Positions 63,118-64,000 of a stretch of DNA of 64,000 nucleotides are shown piece by piece (the stretch's first letter is position 1; every line of letters starts with the position of its first letter). Origin of the DNA: Candidatus Chisholmbacteria bacterium RIFCSPHIGHO2_01_FULL_52_32 (GTDB lineage Bacteria; Patescibacteriota; Microgenomatia; UBA1400; Chisholmbacteraceae); the NCBI GenBank assembly GCA_001816585.1, contig MHCJ01000003.1, positions 426,971 to 490,970 of the forward strand. Direction: 5' to 3'. The notes beneath the pieces were generated by a model. The model made no database searches. It was not told where the DNA came from and saw only the letters and a program-made list of their open reading frames with translations. Made by a program: the position numbers and the translations under genes.

Positions 63118-63861
63118 ATGGCTATGCGAGCGGATCTTTTCCCTGAGATGTATCGGCTTGAGGAAACCTATTGGTGGCACGTTGCGAAACGGCGGCTTGT
63201 CCTTACGCTCCTTACCCCTTTTCTTCGCAACCATGCTCCTGGCGCTTTTCTTGATGTCGGTTGCGGAACGGGGATGATGCTTAAGGATCTCTCAGCTCTC
63301 GGGCGGGTGGTTGGGATTGACGGAACCATGGACGCTCTGCGGTATTCCCGTCAACGGGGAGCGTCCTGTGTCATCCTTGCTGATTGTTCGCGCCCCTTCC
63401 CCATTCGTTCGTCAGCTATCCATGTGGTGACGATGCTCGATGTTTTGGAGCATCTCGATGATGACGATCTGCCCATTTCCGAAATTCATCGCCTCTTGCG
63501 TCCGTCCGGAATGTTTGTACTTACCGTTCCGGCCTATCCTTTTCTTTGGACGTACTGGGATGAAATTCTCGGACACAAACGGCGTTATCGAAGAAGTGCT
63601 CTGGTCAAAAAACTTGAGCGCAATGGATTCTCCGTTCTCCGACATTCCTACTTCTATTCATATCTTCTGCCTGTGGCTATTCTCTTTCGCGTCACCAAAT
63701 CACTTCTTGGGGTCAACGTGAAGATGCGCTCCGACTTCATTGCTCTCCCACGATGGCTGAACCGCTTCCTGCTTTCTATGTCTTATCTTGAGCAGTACGC
63801 TACGCGTTTTGTGCGAATTCCTGCGGGACTTTCGGTCATCTGCGTCTGCAAGAAGATTTAG
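63118..63861 (+). CDS. Class I SAM-dependent methyltransferase
   Basis: FLDVGCGTGMM; VTMLDVLEHLDDDD; LRPSGMFVLTVP. Confidence 0.8.
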   Translation: MAMRADLFPEMYRLEETYWWHVAKRRLVLTLLTPFLRNHAPGAFLDVGCGTGMMLKDLSALGRVVGIDGTMDALRYSRQRGASCVILADCSRPFPIRSSAIHVVTMLDVLEHLDDDDLPISEIHRLLRPSGMFVLTVPAYPFLWTYWDEILGHKRRYRRSALVKKLERNGFSVLRHSYFYSYLLPVAILFRVTKSLLGVNVKMRSDFIALPRWLNRFLLSMSYLEQYATRFVRIPAGLSVICVCKKI

Positions 63862-64000
63862 GGCAAGTGGTACTTTCCTAAAAGGTCATTGAAGCGAATC
63901 CGGACAAGCCCAATGAATGACGTCAGTGTGTCCTTGAGAAGGGAGACTTTCGTATTGGGGTTGTCCTGCCAGACGACCGGGACTTCCCGAATTCTTGCCC
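63859..64000 (-). CDS. 3' end of an unidentified CDS continuing beyond the window
   Basis: An open minus-strand frame ending in TAA near 63859, translating ...VPVVWQDNPNTKVSLLKDTLTSFIGLVRIRFNDLLGKYHLP*. No motif recognised. Confidence 0.25.

Noticed and set aside
1-64000. tRNA, rRNA, insertion sequences, integrases, toxin-antitoxin or phage genes
   Set aside because: Every gap between CDSs is under about 240 nt. None shows tRNA-like conserved boxes (GGTTCGAAT or T-loop), and no transposase or integrase-like translation was found. Absence is by eye only; tRNAscan or ISfinder would be decisive.

Overview
The window is one continuous glycan-biosynthesis / extracytoplasmic-glycosylation island of about 60 tightly packed CDSs. 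Many adjacent genes overlap by 4 nt (ATGA-type), which suggests translational coupling. I found no rRNA, tRNA, transposase, integrase or CRISPR.

Gene content, from motifs read in the translated ORFs:
- About 17 GT4/GT1-type glycosyltransferases and about 8 GT2 enzymes. Three of the GT2s are small DPM1/GtrB/CsbB-like polyprenyl-phosphate-sugar synthases.
- About 15 polytopic GT-C-like membrane proteins: a tandem array of five ArnT/PMT-like (GT39/GT83-like, DE-motif) paralogs (six counting the adjoining ArnT-like 41773..43323), two DUF2029/PimE-like paralogs, a PIG-V-like protein, one YfhO-like protein, and three large membrane proteins sharing an HD..(W)H....YHF loop motif.
- Nine class-I SAM methyltransferases, one of them fused to a GT4 domain, plus a TylF-type sugar O-methyltransferase.
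- Nucleotide-sugar enzymes: wecB, wecD and wecE (dTDP-Fuc4NAc pathway), an RmlC-like epimerase, a CDP-paratose-2-epimerase-like SDR, a GalE-like SDR, a second DegT aminotransferase and a Gfo/Idh/MocA oxidoreductase.
- Accessory genes: an EamA transporter, a HAD hydrolase, a DUF2304-like small membrane protein, and an unannotated 57-aa Trm112-like zinc-ribbon ORF.

About 41 kb (22074..63234) is a single minus-strand block of roughly 38 genes.

Leads worth checking:
- Heptanucleotide tandem repeats (7-nt units) recur inside the hypervariable loop of two ArnT/PMT-like paralogs. Similar arrays sit immediately upstream of the start codons of three genes, and once inside the YfhO-like gene.
- A 107-nt segment is near-identical between two paralogs, which looks like gene conversion.
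- A 5' fragment of a foreign epimerase gene sits upstream of the intact epimerase.
- There is a C7 tract near the 5' end of one paralog and an A9 tract in a DPM1-like GT2.

My interpretation, which is inference only: a polyprenyl-phosphate-sugar-dependent periplasmic/surface glycosylation system with a diversifying set of GT-C transferases that builds O-methylated, amino/deoxy-sugar-containing glycans. The compact, overlapping, strand-biased architecture resembles CPR/Patescibacteria-like or other uncultivated lineages. I cannot verify taxonomy from sequence alone.

Coordinates come from the ORF track where possible and are refined by codon arithmetic. My manual indexing may be off by +/-1 in places.
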